From NCBI RefSeq assembly GCF_963921235.1, contig NC_086108.1, positions 69,442,001-69,506,000 of the forward strand: 64,000 bases of DNA, read 5' to 3'. Position numbers and translations under genes: made by a program. Positions 37,653 to 51,039 of this stretch are shown here, piece by piece. Under the pieces are notes generated by a model. That model made no database searches and was not told the DNA's origin. It saw only the letters and a list, made by a program, of their open reading frames with translations. The DNA is from Mobula hypostoma. Taxonomy: Eukaryota. Each line of letters opens with the position of its first letter. The first letter of the stretch is position 1.

Positions 37653-40600
37653 TTTGAACGCCAAATTTGGGACTGGGTAAATTGATTGGGTTAAAATTCC
37701 CGAAAGAAAGAAATGGCAAACAGCAGAAATGGAGATTGAGGAATTTCTAAAGGCGCCAACCTTGGAGGCATTAGAGGATGTCAGGAAATCAGAATTGGCA
37801 ACTGTTGCAAAACAGTTGAATCTTTTTAAGGGGAAGTCGACCATGAGGAGAGCGGAGATGCACAGAGCTATCACTGAGCGTTATGTATCTAAAGGTGTGT
37901 TTCCCCAAGGGGAGCTGGAGGTGGTATCTATGGGCAAACCTGGTGGAGAAGCAGTACAGCTGCAGATGGAAAAACTGAGACTCGAGCACGATTTCCGGGT
38001 AAGGCAGCTAGAACAAGAAGAGAAACAGTTAGAACGGCAAGAGAGAGAGAGGCAGTTAGAGTAACAAGAGAGAGAGAAGCAGAAGGAACAGGAATTTGTG
38101 CTGGAGAAGTAAAGGATGACGATAGCGCAGAGCCCCATGCCAAACCAAGGTGGTGGGTTCAGGGCGACCCAGGAGGTTAGGCTGGTTCCCCCTTTTGAGG
38201 AGGCCAATGTTGATTGGTACTTTCTACATTTTGAAAAAGTCGCTGCAAGTCAGGACTGGCCGAGGGATAAGTGGGCTGTTTTGCTTCAGAGCGTACTTAA
38301 GGGGAAGGCTCAGCAAGCTTACTCGGCATTGTCTGCAGAAGGTGCCCAGAGGTATGATGTGGTGAAAGAGGCGATACTCAGGATTTATGAGTTGGTCCCG
38401 GAGGCATACCGGCAGAGGTTCCGGAATGTAAGAAAGCAGTGGGGCCGCACATATTTAGAGGTTGCCCGTGAGATGCAGATGTATTGTGAGCGTTGGTGCG
38501 CCTCGAAAGGGGTCACTGGGGATTATGACAGACTGCTACAGCTAATACTAATTGAGCAGTTTAAAGGTTGTGTCCTGGAAGGTATGAGGTCCTACCTAGA
38601 TGAGAAAGAGGCAGAAACCTTAGCCGCACAAAGCGAAGTTTACCCCGCGTAAAATCTACCAGAAGGGTAGTCAAGCGGGCGGAGAGAGTCCGCCAGAAAA
38701 GCCAGAAATTAAGCCGGGGACTAGAGAGAAGGATAAGGAAGACCGGGAGCAGCTTGGTAGGAAGTCTCCTGGGGTCATATGCAATGATTGTGGGAAAGCT
38801 GGTCACTTTGCATCCAGGTGCTTTGCCCCAAAGAAGAAGACGGGGAAAGGAAAAACGACAATTCCGACTGCTGTATTGAGCTGGCAAACAAACCGCTAGG
38901 GGGGAAGAGGTCTGATAAAGTTCAGGAAGGGCGCGAGAAGTTTATTTCAGCCAGATTGGTGTCGGTGAAGGAGGGGTTAAACCCGGTTCCAGTACGGATC
39001 TGGAGAGACACTGGGGCTTGTCAGTCATTGATCTTAAAGAGTGTGTTAGACTTTAGTTCAGAGACCCGGACTGGGGAGGTCAGGGTGATAAAGGGCATTG
39101 GGAAAGGGACTGAAGCAGTACCTTTGCACCAGATATACCTAAAAAGCGACTTGGTCTCCGGACCTGTCACGATAGGAGTGAGGCCCGAATTACCAATGGA
39201 TGACGTGGAGGTCTTACTCGGTAATGACCTTGCAGGCGGAAATGTGTACCCAGCAGTAAAACTGACAAGCACTGAAGCCCCGCCCATGGACTCACAGGTT
39301 TATCCCGTTTGCGCAGTGACTCAGCGCATATCCAGAAAGGCTGCCGAAGTGAATATAGATTTAGCTGAGACGTTTTTACTAGCCTTGTACCAGGAGGGGT
39401 TAGAAAGTGAGAAGAAGGAGCATAGTGGAATGGAAGGAAGTGAGCGAGTTGAGGTAGACTTATCATTAGCAAGGAAGGAATTTATACAGGCACAGGAACG
39501 AGACGAGGAGCGAATGGTTTTGACGGAGACAGCTCTCTCTGAAGCAGAATTAAAAAGGGAGCCAGTGGGCTATTATGTGAAGGAGGGAGTACTAAGGAGG
39601 AAATGGAGACCAAATACCGTGCCCGCAGATGAGGAATGGAGGGTGGTGCACCAGGTGGTAGTGCCGAAAATTTATAGGGGCGAGATTTTTAACCTGGCCC
39701 ACAAGATACTCCTCGGTGGACATTTTGGGGTGAGGAAATCAGTCGATAGAATCATGAAAGAGTTTACTGGCGGCAAAGGAGGAAGGATGCTATTGACTAT
39801 TGTAGACGTGAGCAGACACAGTTACAGGCTATTGATATGCTAACAGCTTGCCACGATAAGCGAGCAGACCTAGTCGGTGTTATCACGAAAATTAACGAGG
39901 CTAGGGTGCCACCTGATAAGGGGAAAACCCATTTTGAAAAGATAAGTATGGTGCCGACCAGATGGGAGAACTCTATTGTTTTGGCCAGCTTTGCTGATAA
40001 GGTCTCTCCCTTAACCTCCTGAACAGAGCGAGCCGCTGAGAAAGCTAATTAACCAGCACGCAGACGTATGCCCGGATGTCCCAAGGCAATGCAAAGAGCC
40101 GGTACATGGTGTTGTCACATCAGGTCAGCCTAGTAAGCAACACCCCTACAGGATGACTAATTCAGTGATAAAAGGGCTAAAGAACGCAAAGCGTATATTG
40201 AGGATTTAGTGGTCTGGAGTGATACGTGGGAGGAACACATTGTGGAACTGTTTAAACGGCTGTTTGAAGCCAGCCTGACAGTGAACTTCGCAAAAAGTGA
40301 ATTCAGCCACGTGAAGATCACTTATCCGGGATTTGTGGTAGGACAGGGGCAGCTGGCACCGATGTAGGCTAAGGTGCGGGCTATCTCTGAAGTCCCCACC
40401 CCGACAGACAAGAGAGCCCTGAGAAGGTTCTTGGGGATGGTGGGGTACTATTGGAAGTTTTGCAAAAACTTTGTGGATATTACCCTCCCTCTTACTAAGC
40501 TCTTGCCAAAGAATGCGAAGTTTGTGTGGGACGACCTTTGTTATATTAGTCGGGAATGGAAACCACTGATAATTTACACTGATCACAACCCATTAGTGTT

Positions 40601-40848
40601 TTTGGCCACTATGAAGGATAAAAACAAAAGGTTACTAAGTTGGAGCCTGGTCTTAGAGGAACTTGATATTAAAATAAAACATATAAAAGGAACGGAAAAT
40701 GTGATTGTTGACTGTCTGTCAAGGTGTTGACAACTTAAAGTTCTTTGTATTAGCCGAATAGCTGATGACCCTGTATATTAGTGTGTATCTAATAATGTAT
40801 TTATGCCCATAATTTTTACCCCAGTAAAAATCCTTTGAAGGATAGGGG

Positions 40849-41681
40849 TGTGATGAAAAACCAAGTTATCAAAAGATTGATGCTAATGAGAGAGAGATAA
40901 GGGAGACAATGGAGAAATGTTCAAAATGTTAATGAGAGAGGAGAGAGAGATAACGAAAAGAGACACAATTCAGAATACTGACAGATTGGTTGCTTTGAAC
41001 CTGAACTTTTTGAAGTTTGATGGGCAGGCAATACCCCAGCAGGGGGATAAAAAGAACAGGTTCGCTAAGGCACGACAGACCCCACGAAATCATGAGATAA
41101 CGAGACCCTGGAAGAGCAGTGTGCCCCCACAAGTTGGTAGGAGTTTGGAGGTCTGGTTCACGGGAACCAACCATAGATGCACAGGGTGAAAAGGTATGAT
41201 CGGTGGGAACCTAGTGTGTGTGTCCGCCCTTGCCTGGGTGCCGGATTCACCGCGGAAGAATGGTCTTATCCGGAACGGAGGGGTCACAGTCGGTGACCAC
41301 AGAAGACATAAAAGGGTCCACCCAAAAGCCAACTGTGAAGAACATCAAAGGTCTGCTTGAATCAAACTTGCATTCTCTCTCTCTCTCTCCAACGGCACAA
41401 CAGCGATTACTGCGAACAGTACTAACCTGAACTGAACTCTGTGTCACTTGAAACTGATCATTTTACCCCTAGACTGCGATAGAGCTTGGTTGATTCCTAT
41501 TACCCTAGTTCTGTGTACATGTGTGTTTTATCATTGCTAACCTGTTGCATTTATATCCTTACAATTCAGAGTACTGTGTTACTTATTTCTTTAATAAAAC
41601 TTTATCAGTTTCTAGTAAACCAGACTCCAACGAGTGATCCATTTCTGCTGGTTTGGCAACCCAGTTACAGGGTATGTAACA
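40849..41681 (+). repeat. 3' LTR (833 bp)
   Basis: TGTGATG...TGTAACA, preceded by the PPT and followed by TSD CTAA. Confidence 0.95.
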
Positions 41682-42282
41682 CTAACTTGGCACAATATAA
41701 CCCTCAGTATCATACAACAAATTCAATAATTTCAGATAAACAGTCTTTCTAGTTTATATCAAAACTGGCTAATTTATAAAGAAAGATTGAGCAGATAGAG
41801 GAATAGAGACATACAGCATGGAAATTTGGGCTCAATTTGTCCATGCCAACTGTGTTGCCCAGTGAGCTGGTCCCATCTGCTTACACTTGGCCCACAGCCC
41901 TCTAAAACTCTCCTATCCATGTACTTAACTCGATGGCATTTAATGTTGCTAATGTTATATGCCATTTAGATAAATGCATTGATAGAAGAGCTTCACCTTA
42001 ACCATTATTTTTGGCTGCTCATTCCAAATAAGCAGCACTCTGTGTGTGAAGAGGTCACCCCTGATTTCCCTTTTAAATCTTCTGTCATTGATCTTAAACC
42101 TGTGCCTTTCTGTGGAAAACGACTGTGATTACACCCTGTCTATGCTCCTTATGATTTTGAATACCTCCACCAGTTCAATCCTCAATATTCTACCCTCCAG
42201 GGAAGAAAGTCCTAGTCCACGCAATCTCTCAGGCTCCAAGTCTAAGCAACATCCTGATAAATCTGTTCTTCGATGTTCTTTT

Positions 42283-44301
42283 TAGTCATAGTCATAGTAG
42301 TCATAGTCATTATGTATTGATCACGAGGGAAATTTGGTTTCATTACAGTTGCACCAACCATGAACAAAGTATAAATATAGCCATATAAAACCATAAATAA
42401 TTAAATAATAATATGTAAATTATGCCAGGAAGTAAGTCCAGGACCAGCCTATTGGCTCAGGGTGTCTGACCCTCCAAGGGAGGAGTTGTAAAGTTTGATG
42501 GCCACAGGCAGGAATGACTTCCTATAACGCTCTGTGCTGCATCTTGGAGGAATGAGTCTCTGGCTGAATGTACTCCTGTGCCCAACCAGTACATTATGTA
42601 GTGGATGGGAGACATTGATCAAGATGGCATGCAACTTGGACAGCATCCTCTTTTCAGACACCACTGTCAGAGAGTCCAGTTCCATCCCCACAACATCACT
42701 GGCCTTACGAATGAGTTTGTTGATTCTGTTGGTGTCTGCTACCCTCAGCCTGCTGCCCCAGCACACAACAGCAAACATGATAGCACTGGCCACCACAGAC
42801 TCATAGAACATCCTCAGCATCATCCGGCAGATGTTAAAGGACCTCAGTCTCCTCAGGAAATAGAGACAGCTCTGACCCTTCTTGTAGACAGCCTCAGTGT
42901 TCTTTGACCAGTCCACTTTATTGTCAATTCCTATCCCCAGGTATTTGTAATCCTCCACCATGTCCACACTGACCCCCTGGATGGAAACAGGGGTCACCGG
43001 TACCTTAGCCCTCCTCAGGTCCACCACCAGCTCCTTAGTCTTTTTCACATTAAGCTGCAGATAATTCTGCTCACACCATGTGACAAAGTTTCCTACCGTA
43101 GCCCTGTACTCAGCCTCATCTCCCTTGCTGATACATCCAACTATGGCAGAGTCATCAGAAAACTTCTGAAGATGACAAGACTCTGTGCAGTAGTTGAAGT
43201 CTGAGGTGTAAATGGTGAAGAGAAAGGGAGACAAGACAGTCCCCTGTGGAGCCCCAGTGCTGCTGATCACTCTGTCGGACGCACAGTGTTGCAAGCACAC
43301 GTACTGTGGTCTGCCAGTCAGGCAATCAAGAATCCATGACACCAGGGGAGCATCCACCTACATCACTGTCAGCTTCTCCCCCAGCACAGCAGGGCAAATG
43401 GTGTTGAACGCACTGGAGAAGTCAAAAAACATGACCCTCACAGTGCTCGCTGGCTTGTCCAGGTGGGCGTAGACACGGTTCAGCAGGTAGACGATGGCAT
43501 CCTCAACTCCTAGTCGGGGCTGGTAGGCGAACTGGAAGGGATCTAAGTGTGGCCTGACCATAGGCCGGAGCAGCTCCAAAACAAGTCTCTCCAGGGTCTT
43601 CATGGTGTGGGAGGTCAATGCCACCGGTCTGTAGTCATTGAGGCCGCTGGGGCGCGGCATCTTCAGCACAGGGACGAGGCAGGACGTCTTCCACAGTACA
43701 GGAACCCTCCGGAGCCTCAGGCTCAGGTTGAATACATCATGAAGTACTCCACATGGCTGAGGGGCAGAGGCTTTGAGCACCCTGGTACTGACACCATCCG
43801 GTCCTGCAGCCTTGCTTGGGTTGAGACATTTCAACTGTCTTCTCACCTGTTCAGCTGTGAAGCCCACCGTGGTGGTTTCGTGTGGGGGAGGGGTATAGTC
43901 ATGAGAGCAGGGTGGGGGACTGTGAGGAGGGGTAGGAGGGGAGAGTGGACTATGTGTTGGTTGGGGTCCGAATAACAGATGAATCACGTGGGGGATGGGC
44001 AGGGGTCACAATGTCAAATCTGCTAAAGAACAGGTTAAATTCGTTGGCCCTGTCCACACTGCCTTCAGCTCCTCTGTTGCTAGTTTGCCGGAACCCAGTG
44101 ATGGTCCTCATCCCACTCCAGACCTCTCTCATGTTGTTCTGCTGGAGTTTCCACTCAAGCTTCCTCCTGTACCTTTCTTTAGCCTCCCTGATCCTGGCTT
44201 TCAGGTCCCTCTGTATTGCCTTCAGCTCCTCCCTATTTCCATCTCTAAACACCCTCTTTTTAGTGTTCAGGATGTCCTTAATGTCCTTTGTTACCCATGG
44301 C
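42283..44301 (-). mobile_element. Rex1/Babar-type element, 5'-truncated, nearly open RT
   Basis: 209-aa and 302-aa ORFs separated by one stop (KAAGPDG, DYRPVALTS, QFAYQ, DFSSAFNTI, GAPQG, FSDD). (TGACTA)n tail; same family as 34995-36364. Confidence 0.93.
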
Positions 44302-44379
44302 TAGTGTAATAGGGATGGCAAAATCCCTAGTGTAATGTTTTAGTGTAATGTGTAGTGTTATAGTGTAATAAAGGATGGC

Positions 44380-45260
44380 AAAAACAGGTCTGGTAATACA
44401 GGACAATGCGTCTGACATTGCTGGTTGGGATTCTGAGGGACACAATTGAATTTTGGACAGACAGCACAGCTTTGTGCAGAGGAAGTTGTATCTGACAAAG
44501 TTCTTTCAGGAGGTAACCAAAAGGGTAGATGAAAGTGGGGCAGTAGATATTGTTTCTGTGGGCTTTAGCAAAGCCTTGACAAGGTCCCTCATAGCAGACT
44601 AGTCTGGAATCACATGAGATCCAGAGGCAAATCAGTGACTGGATTCATAATTGCCTCAGTGGTAGGAAGCAGAGGGCAGTAGTCTAGGGTCATTTCCAAA
44701 AACTAAACTACAGTATTCCAAATACGGCCTCACCATCATCTTAAACAACTGCAACACAACTTTCTAACTCCTGTACTCAGTGCCCTGACAGATGAAGATT
44801 ATTCACCACTCTATCCACCAGTGACACCATTTTCAGTGAACTGTGCTCTTGCACTGCACTCCTGGGTGCTTGAATTCCATAACGATTCCCATGACTCTAC
44901 CGTTCGGTGTATGTCCTACCCTGGTTTGAGCCCAAAATGCATTCATCTGGATTGAAAGCCATTTGCCGATCCTCAGCCCACATCCCTAGTTATCAAGATC
45001 CTTTGTAATTTTTCATGATCCATAACACTAATTATTTTAGTATCATCCAAAATCTTACCAATGATGTCTTGCACAGTCACATCCAAATTGTTTGTATAAA
45101 ATACAAACAACCAAGGTCCCAGCACCCCTGTGGCACACGATTAGACACATGCCTCCAGTTCAAGACACAGCCCTCGACCATCATCCTCTGCCTTCTATCA
45201 CTGAGCTAATTATGAATCCAGTTAGCTATCTCCCCTTGAATCCCAAGTGATGTACCCATC
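44380..45260. mobile_element. Old CR1 fragments, plus strand (~44380-44690) abutting minus strand (~44690-45260)
   Basis: CAGCACAGCTTTGTG and TTTAGCAAAGCCTTGACAAGGTCCC on the plus strand; antisense RT remnants afterwards. Confidence 0.6.
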
Positions 45261-45368
45261 CAAACAATAAACACAAGAAATTCTGCAGATGCTAGAAATC
45301 CAAAGTAACACACACAAAATGCTGGAGGAGCTCAACCGCCAGGCAGCATCTATGGAAATGAATAAACA

Positions 45369-46787
45369 TAGTGTAATTGTCATAGCAAAATGCAGCACAG
45401 AAACAGGCCCTTCAGCCCATCCAGACTATGCCAAACCATTTAAAGTGCCCACTCCCATTGACCTACAGCCAGATCATAGCCCTCAATACCCTATGCAAAT
45501 CTCTCCCAAACATTGACATTGAGCTTGCATGCAACACTTGCACAGGCAGCTTGTTCTACATTCTTATGACCCTCTGAGTGAAGAAGCTTCCCCCGCGTGT
45601 TCCCCTTGAACATTTCACATTTCGCCCTAAATCCATGACCTGTAGTTGTAGTCCCACCCAACCTCAGCGGAAAAAGCCCAAGTGCATTTACCCTATCTAT
45701 GCCCCTCATAATTTTGTATACCACTATCAAATCACCCCCCCCCCCAATCTTTTATGCTCCAAGGAATAAGGTCCTAACCTAGTCAATCTTTTCTTATATC
45801 TTAGGTCCTCCAGTCCCAGCAATACCCTTGTAAGTTCTCTCTGTACTCTTTCAGCCTTATTTACATCTTTCCCATAGGAAAGTGACCAAAACTACACAAA
45901 ATACTCCAAATTAGACTTCACCAATATCTTGTAAAACTTCAACATAACATCCTATTCTCTGTACTCAGTCCTTTAATTTATGAAAACCAAATGTACCAAA
46001 GGCTTTCTCTTTGACCCTACCCACCTGTGCTGCACATTTCAATGAATTATGGACCTGTACTCCCAGATCCCTATGTTCCACCACACTCCTCAGTGCCCTA
46101 CCGTTCACTGTGTAAGACCTATCCTAGTTTGTCCAACCGAAGTGCAACACCTCACACTTGTCTGCATTAAATTCAATCTGGCATTTTTCAGCCCATTTTC
46201 ACAGCTGGTCCAGATCCCACTGCAACCCCAATAGTCTTCCTCGCTGTCCACTACACCCCCAATCTTGGTATCATCTGCAAATTTGTTGATCCAGTTAACC
46301 ACGTTATCATTGAGATCGATGCTATAGGTGACAAACAACAACAGACCCAGCACTGATCCCTGCAGCATCCCACTAGTCACAGGCCTCCAGTCAGAGAGGC
46401 AGCTATCTACTACCACTCTCTGGCTTCTCCCACAAAGCCAACTTACTATCTCATCTTGAATGCTGAGTGACTGATTCTTCATCCTCCATGACTAGCCTCC
46501 CATGCAGGTACCTTCTCAAATGCCTTGCTGAAGTCCATGAAGACAAGACTGTCTTTCTGTCATCAACTTTCCCGGTAACTTACTCAAAAAAACTCTGAGA
46601 TTGGTTAGGCACGACCTACCAGGCACAAAGCCATGTTGACCATCCCTAATCAGTCCCTGTCTATCCAGGTACTTATATACATCATGTCCCTTAGAATACC
46701 TTTCAATAACTTTCCCACTTCTGATGTATGTATGGCTCACTGGCCTATAACTTCCTGATTATTTTTTAGAGCCTTTCTTAAGCAGCG
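45369..46787 (-). mobile_element. CR1 LINE RT/3' half nested in the PLE
   Basis: QHGFVPGRSCLTNL, QGSVLG and KFADDTKIGG on the minus strand; 3' end at left. Confidence 0.85.
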
Positions 46788-48088
46788 GAACAGTCAACAT
46801 TTTGGTCTGAGACCCTTCTTCAGGACTGGAAAGGAAGGGGGAAGACACCAGAATAAAAAGGTAAGAGGGGAGGGGAGGGGAAGAAAGAGAGTTAGAAGGT
46901 ATTAGGAGAAGCCTGGTGGGATGGAAAGGTAAGGGCTGGAGAGGAAAGAATCTGATAGGAGATGAGAGTGGACAAAGGGAAGGAGGAGGAGACCCAGGGA
47001 GAGGTGATAGGCAGGTGAAAAGAGTTAAGAAGTCAGAGAGGGTAATAGAAGAGTGGAGGGGGAGGGTATTGCTTTTTGCCATTAAGAGAAATTGATTTTC
47101 ATACGATCAGGCTGGAGGCTACCTGATGGAATATAAGGTGTTGCTCCTGCACCCTCAGAGTGGATTCATCATGGCACAAGAGGAGGCCACTGACTGACAC
47201 ATTGGAATGGGAACGGGATTCAGAATTAAGATGTTTGACCACTAGGAAGTTCCATTTTTGGCGATGAAACGGAGGTGCTTGATGAAGCAGTCACCAATGT
47301 GGAGGCTGCTGCATCAGGAGCACCAAACACAATAGACAGCCCCAGCAGATTCACAGGACAGGTGATGCCTCACCTGGGACTCCTTGGGGCCCTGAACGGA
47401 AATGAGGGAGGATTTGAATGGGTAAGTGTAGCACTTTGGTCACTTGCAGTTAAGTGCTGGGAGGAAAATTAGTGGAGAGAGACAAATGGACAAGGGAAGG
47501 ATGGAGGGAGCAATCCCTACAGAAAGCAGAGAGAGGGGGAGAAATAATGATATGTTTGGTGGTAGGAGATGGTGGAATTTGCAGAGAATAATGTGTTGGA
47601 TGTAGAGGCTCATGGGGTGGTAGGTAAAGACAAGAGGGCTTTGTCACTGTTAAGGCGGTGGGAAGATATTTGGGAAATGGAGGAGATACGGGCAAGGGCA
47701 GCATCTATGGTAGAGGAAGGGAAACCCTGTTCTTTGAAGGAGGACACCTCTGATGTCCTGAAAAGGAAGGCTGCATCCTGAGAACAGATGTGGCCAAGAC
47801 AAAGGATCTGAAAAGAAAGGAATAGTATTTTTAATTGAAACAGGATGGGATGAGATATAGTCAGGATAACTGTTGACAGTTTGTCTCCAGAGATGGAGAC
47901 AGAGAGATTGAGAAAGGAAAGAGAGGTGTCAGAAATGTGAATTTGAAGGCAGGGTGGAAGTTGGAGGCAAAGTTGATAAAATTGACGAGCTCAGCATGGG
48001 TGCATGAAGCAGCACCAAACAGTCATCAATCTAATGGAGAAAGAGTTGGGGGCATTATCTGGGTAAGCTTGAATGTGGCTCTACAGAA

Positions 48089-48864
48089 TGTTACATACCT
48101 CGTGGGTATCTTGTGACTGTCTTATGACCACGATGTAGTTGAGTATCTTGTGAGCATGATGTAATGGTCTTGTGATGGTGAGGTGATGTAATTTTCCTAC
48201 CAGTGTGAGGTCACATGATGACATGTTCTCAATAGGTATATAACGGGAAACCCGCTGTTACACAGTGAATTTGTTGTTTAATTCTTCAGTTACTCTGTTA
48301 TGCTGCGTATTCGTCTCATGACACTGTTTCATTTTAAAGTGGAGTTTTACTTTCTATTGTAAGTCTAGTATTGGAGATTGAGGACCTTACTAAAGTACGG
48401 GAACCTGAAGGATCAAGTAAAGTTGGTGTCATTCGGCAGTTTAATACAGGATCAACCTTATTGAATCTTCGTTCAGAAATAATGACCTACATCTGAGATA
48501 ACCCCTGTAAGATCAGAAATGTTTTTGCAGTGTTCACACTCCAGGAAAAGGTCAGTTCCTTTAAGCTGTTTTATTTCCTTCATCGTGAATCCTTCGGACA
48601 GAATCAGCAGTAATGTCACATCTTCAAAGAAATTCGTTTCCAGGGAAGTCTCTCCTTATTGAAACTGTGTAAATCACTTGGCCTTTCGAATTTACCACTT
48701 TAAGACTGTGTTCGAATTTGCCACTTTCAGAACTGTTCCAGGGTTGCCTTCTGGTTGAGTTAGTCCTTTGAATACTTTTCACTATTGTTGAGCAGTTTAA
48801 TAAATGTTTGTTTGTTTATAAAACTCGACCCAATTCTATATTCATTGTTGTTGATGATGTAACA
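48089..48864 (+). repeat. Solo LTR (776 bp)
   Basis: Perfect 8-bp terminal inverted repeats TGTTACAT...ATGTAACA. Flanks AGAA/AGAG (4-bp TSD with one mismatch). TATATAA at ~48237 and AATAAA at ~48799 give the orientation. Confidence 0.75.
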
Positions 48865-51039
48865 AGAGACCTCCCCCTCCCCTCTTCTATTCCCCACTCT
48901 AGTCTTCTACCTCTCCTCACCTACCTAGCAACCCCCCCCCCCCCGGGGCTCCTTCCTCTTTCCCATTCTCCTCTATCAGATCCCTTCCTTTCCAGCCCTT
49001 TACATTTCCTACCCACCAGGCTTCTCCTACTACCTCCTAACTAGCCGCCTTAACCCGCTTCCACCAAACTTTTTATTCTGGCATCTTCTCCCTTCCTCTC
49101 CAATCCTGAAGAAGGGTCTCAGCTCAAACATTGATTTGTTTATTCACTTCCATAGATTCTGCCTGACCTGCTGAGTTCCTCCAGCATTTTGGGTTTCTCA
49201 TGCACAAAATGCTCTCTTCTCACTGTTGACATCAGGTAGAAAGTATAAGGACTTGCACCACTAGATTCAAGAACAGTTATGAACCCTCAACCATCAGGCT
49301 CTTGAACAAAAGAAGATAACTACACTCATTCTACTTCTGGTGTTCCCACAACTGATGGTCTCACTTTAAGAACTCTTTACCTTGTTATTTCATGCTTTCA
49401 TTATTTATGGCTATCTATTTATATTTGCATTTGCACACTTTGTTGTCCATTGATCCCACTTACAGTTGCTGTTCTGTAGATTTGCTAAGTATGCCCACAG
49501 AAAAAGAATCTCAGGGCTGTATGAGGTGACGTATATGTACTCTGATAAGTTTTACTTTGAACAAAGCTGTGCTGACTGTCCTGAATCACATCTTGCCCCT
49601 CAGAATTCCCTCCAGCAATTTACTCACCACTAACGTCAGGCACACTGCCCCGTAGTTTCCTAGCTTGTTTTTTGCTCACCGCTTCAAACAATGGTGCAAA
49701 TTTGTTACTCTCTAATTTCTTTTCCAACTTTCCACAAGAAAAATGCACCAGGTCATGAATGAGGTATGGTCTTATTTAAGACACAAGATGCAAGACCATA
49801 AAATATGGTAACAAATTCAGGCCATTCAGCCTGTCAGGTCTGTTCTATATAAGATTCAGAGGGGAATCTACAGGATGAAAGCCGATACGTTTCCCTTAAT
49901 AGAGGTACAAGAGTAACTCAGAATTAGATGGAGATGAGGAGGAATTTCTTCTATCAGAGGGTCTTGGTTTCTAGGAATTTGCTACCCTTTCGAGCTGTGG
50001 AAGCGGAGTCATTGAGGTAGAAAGTAATGGTAATTTGAACCACCAAAGGCATCAAAGGGTATGCAAGTGGTGTTGAGGCCAAGTCTGCATCAGCCATGAC
50101 GTTATTGAATGGAGGAGCAGGTTCAAGGGCTTCACCAGACTATTCGTGCTCCTGTTTCTTACATTCTTAAGATGGAAGTAAACTCCAGTAATTTCCATTG
50201 ACTGCATTACTGTATTCACTGCACTTGTATCCTTTACATAAGATCATATGAAAATTAGATATTGATAAACAATTCTGCTCAGTCTGCAATGATAACTGAG
50301 ATTCTGGTGATGCTCTATTTCAATTCTCACTTCAGATCCATTCTGACCTTCCTTTCCAAGTACAACATTTGTGGCTTCAGCATTTTACAACTTTAACAAT
50401 TTTAAACATTATCCATTGGTTTTTCCTCAGACAGCTAATAACTGAGGACGACTTTACCAAAGCAAAAATGAATGGCTACCATGTGGTACGAGAATTCTCA
50501 AGTGTAGAAGGCACTTGGCCCAGCTGCATTATAATCACGGCTCTTATCTCAGTCTTTCTCTGACTCCTGGCTCCTGGTCACACACCAGACCATGTTGCAC
50601 ATCTAAAAGGCCATTTAATTTGAGGCAATGCCTGTTTTCATTACCCCACCAAATGAAACTGTTTCACTATAACTAAAAACGTTGATCATTTATAGATCTA
50701 CTTTAATATATTCATTATGATTTGTATTTAACCATTTATAATTCATTGATCTGTAGAGATCAATTTACCTAAAATAATTCAAGACAATTCAATTTTGAAG
50801 GCTGTAAAATGCCTAGAGGAAAGATGAGGTGCTGTTCATCAAGATTATTTTGGATCTTGTTTGAAGAATGCAGGCCACAGACAGATGGGGACAGGATGCC
50901 AATGTTCCATCAGTCTTTTTTCTCCTTCCCACCCCAGCATCCACAGATCGAAATAATCCCTTCAGCGGTGATTCACTTAGACCTACTGCAGACTAGCGAA
51001 CTCCATTTGGTACTCACAATGTACAACGCAGAAACCAAA

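Larger units (their letters stand above)
36801..41681 (+). mobile_element. Gmr1-like Ty3/Gypsy LTR retrotransposon, internally deleted and defective
   Basis: Two TG...CA LTRs, TSD CTAA (36797-36800 and 41682-41685), PBS, and PPT GAAGGATAGGGG (40837-40848). Gag with SCAN-like region and CCHC, DTG protease, integrase H-H remnant, then RT/RNase H remnants. Several stops and frameshifts. Confidence 0.93.
45262..49195. mobile_element. Large PLE inverted structure interrupted by a CR1 and a solo LTR
   Basis: The PLE terminus breaks at ...GAATAAACA (45368) and resumes at AACAGTCAACATTTTGG (~46788). The antisense PLE body runs to ~48075. The opposite arm is 48865-49195. Confidence 0.75.
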
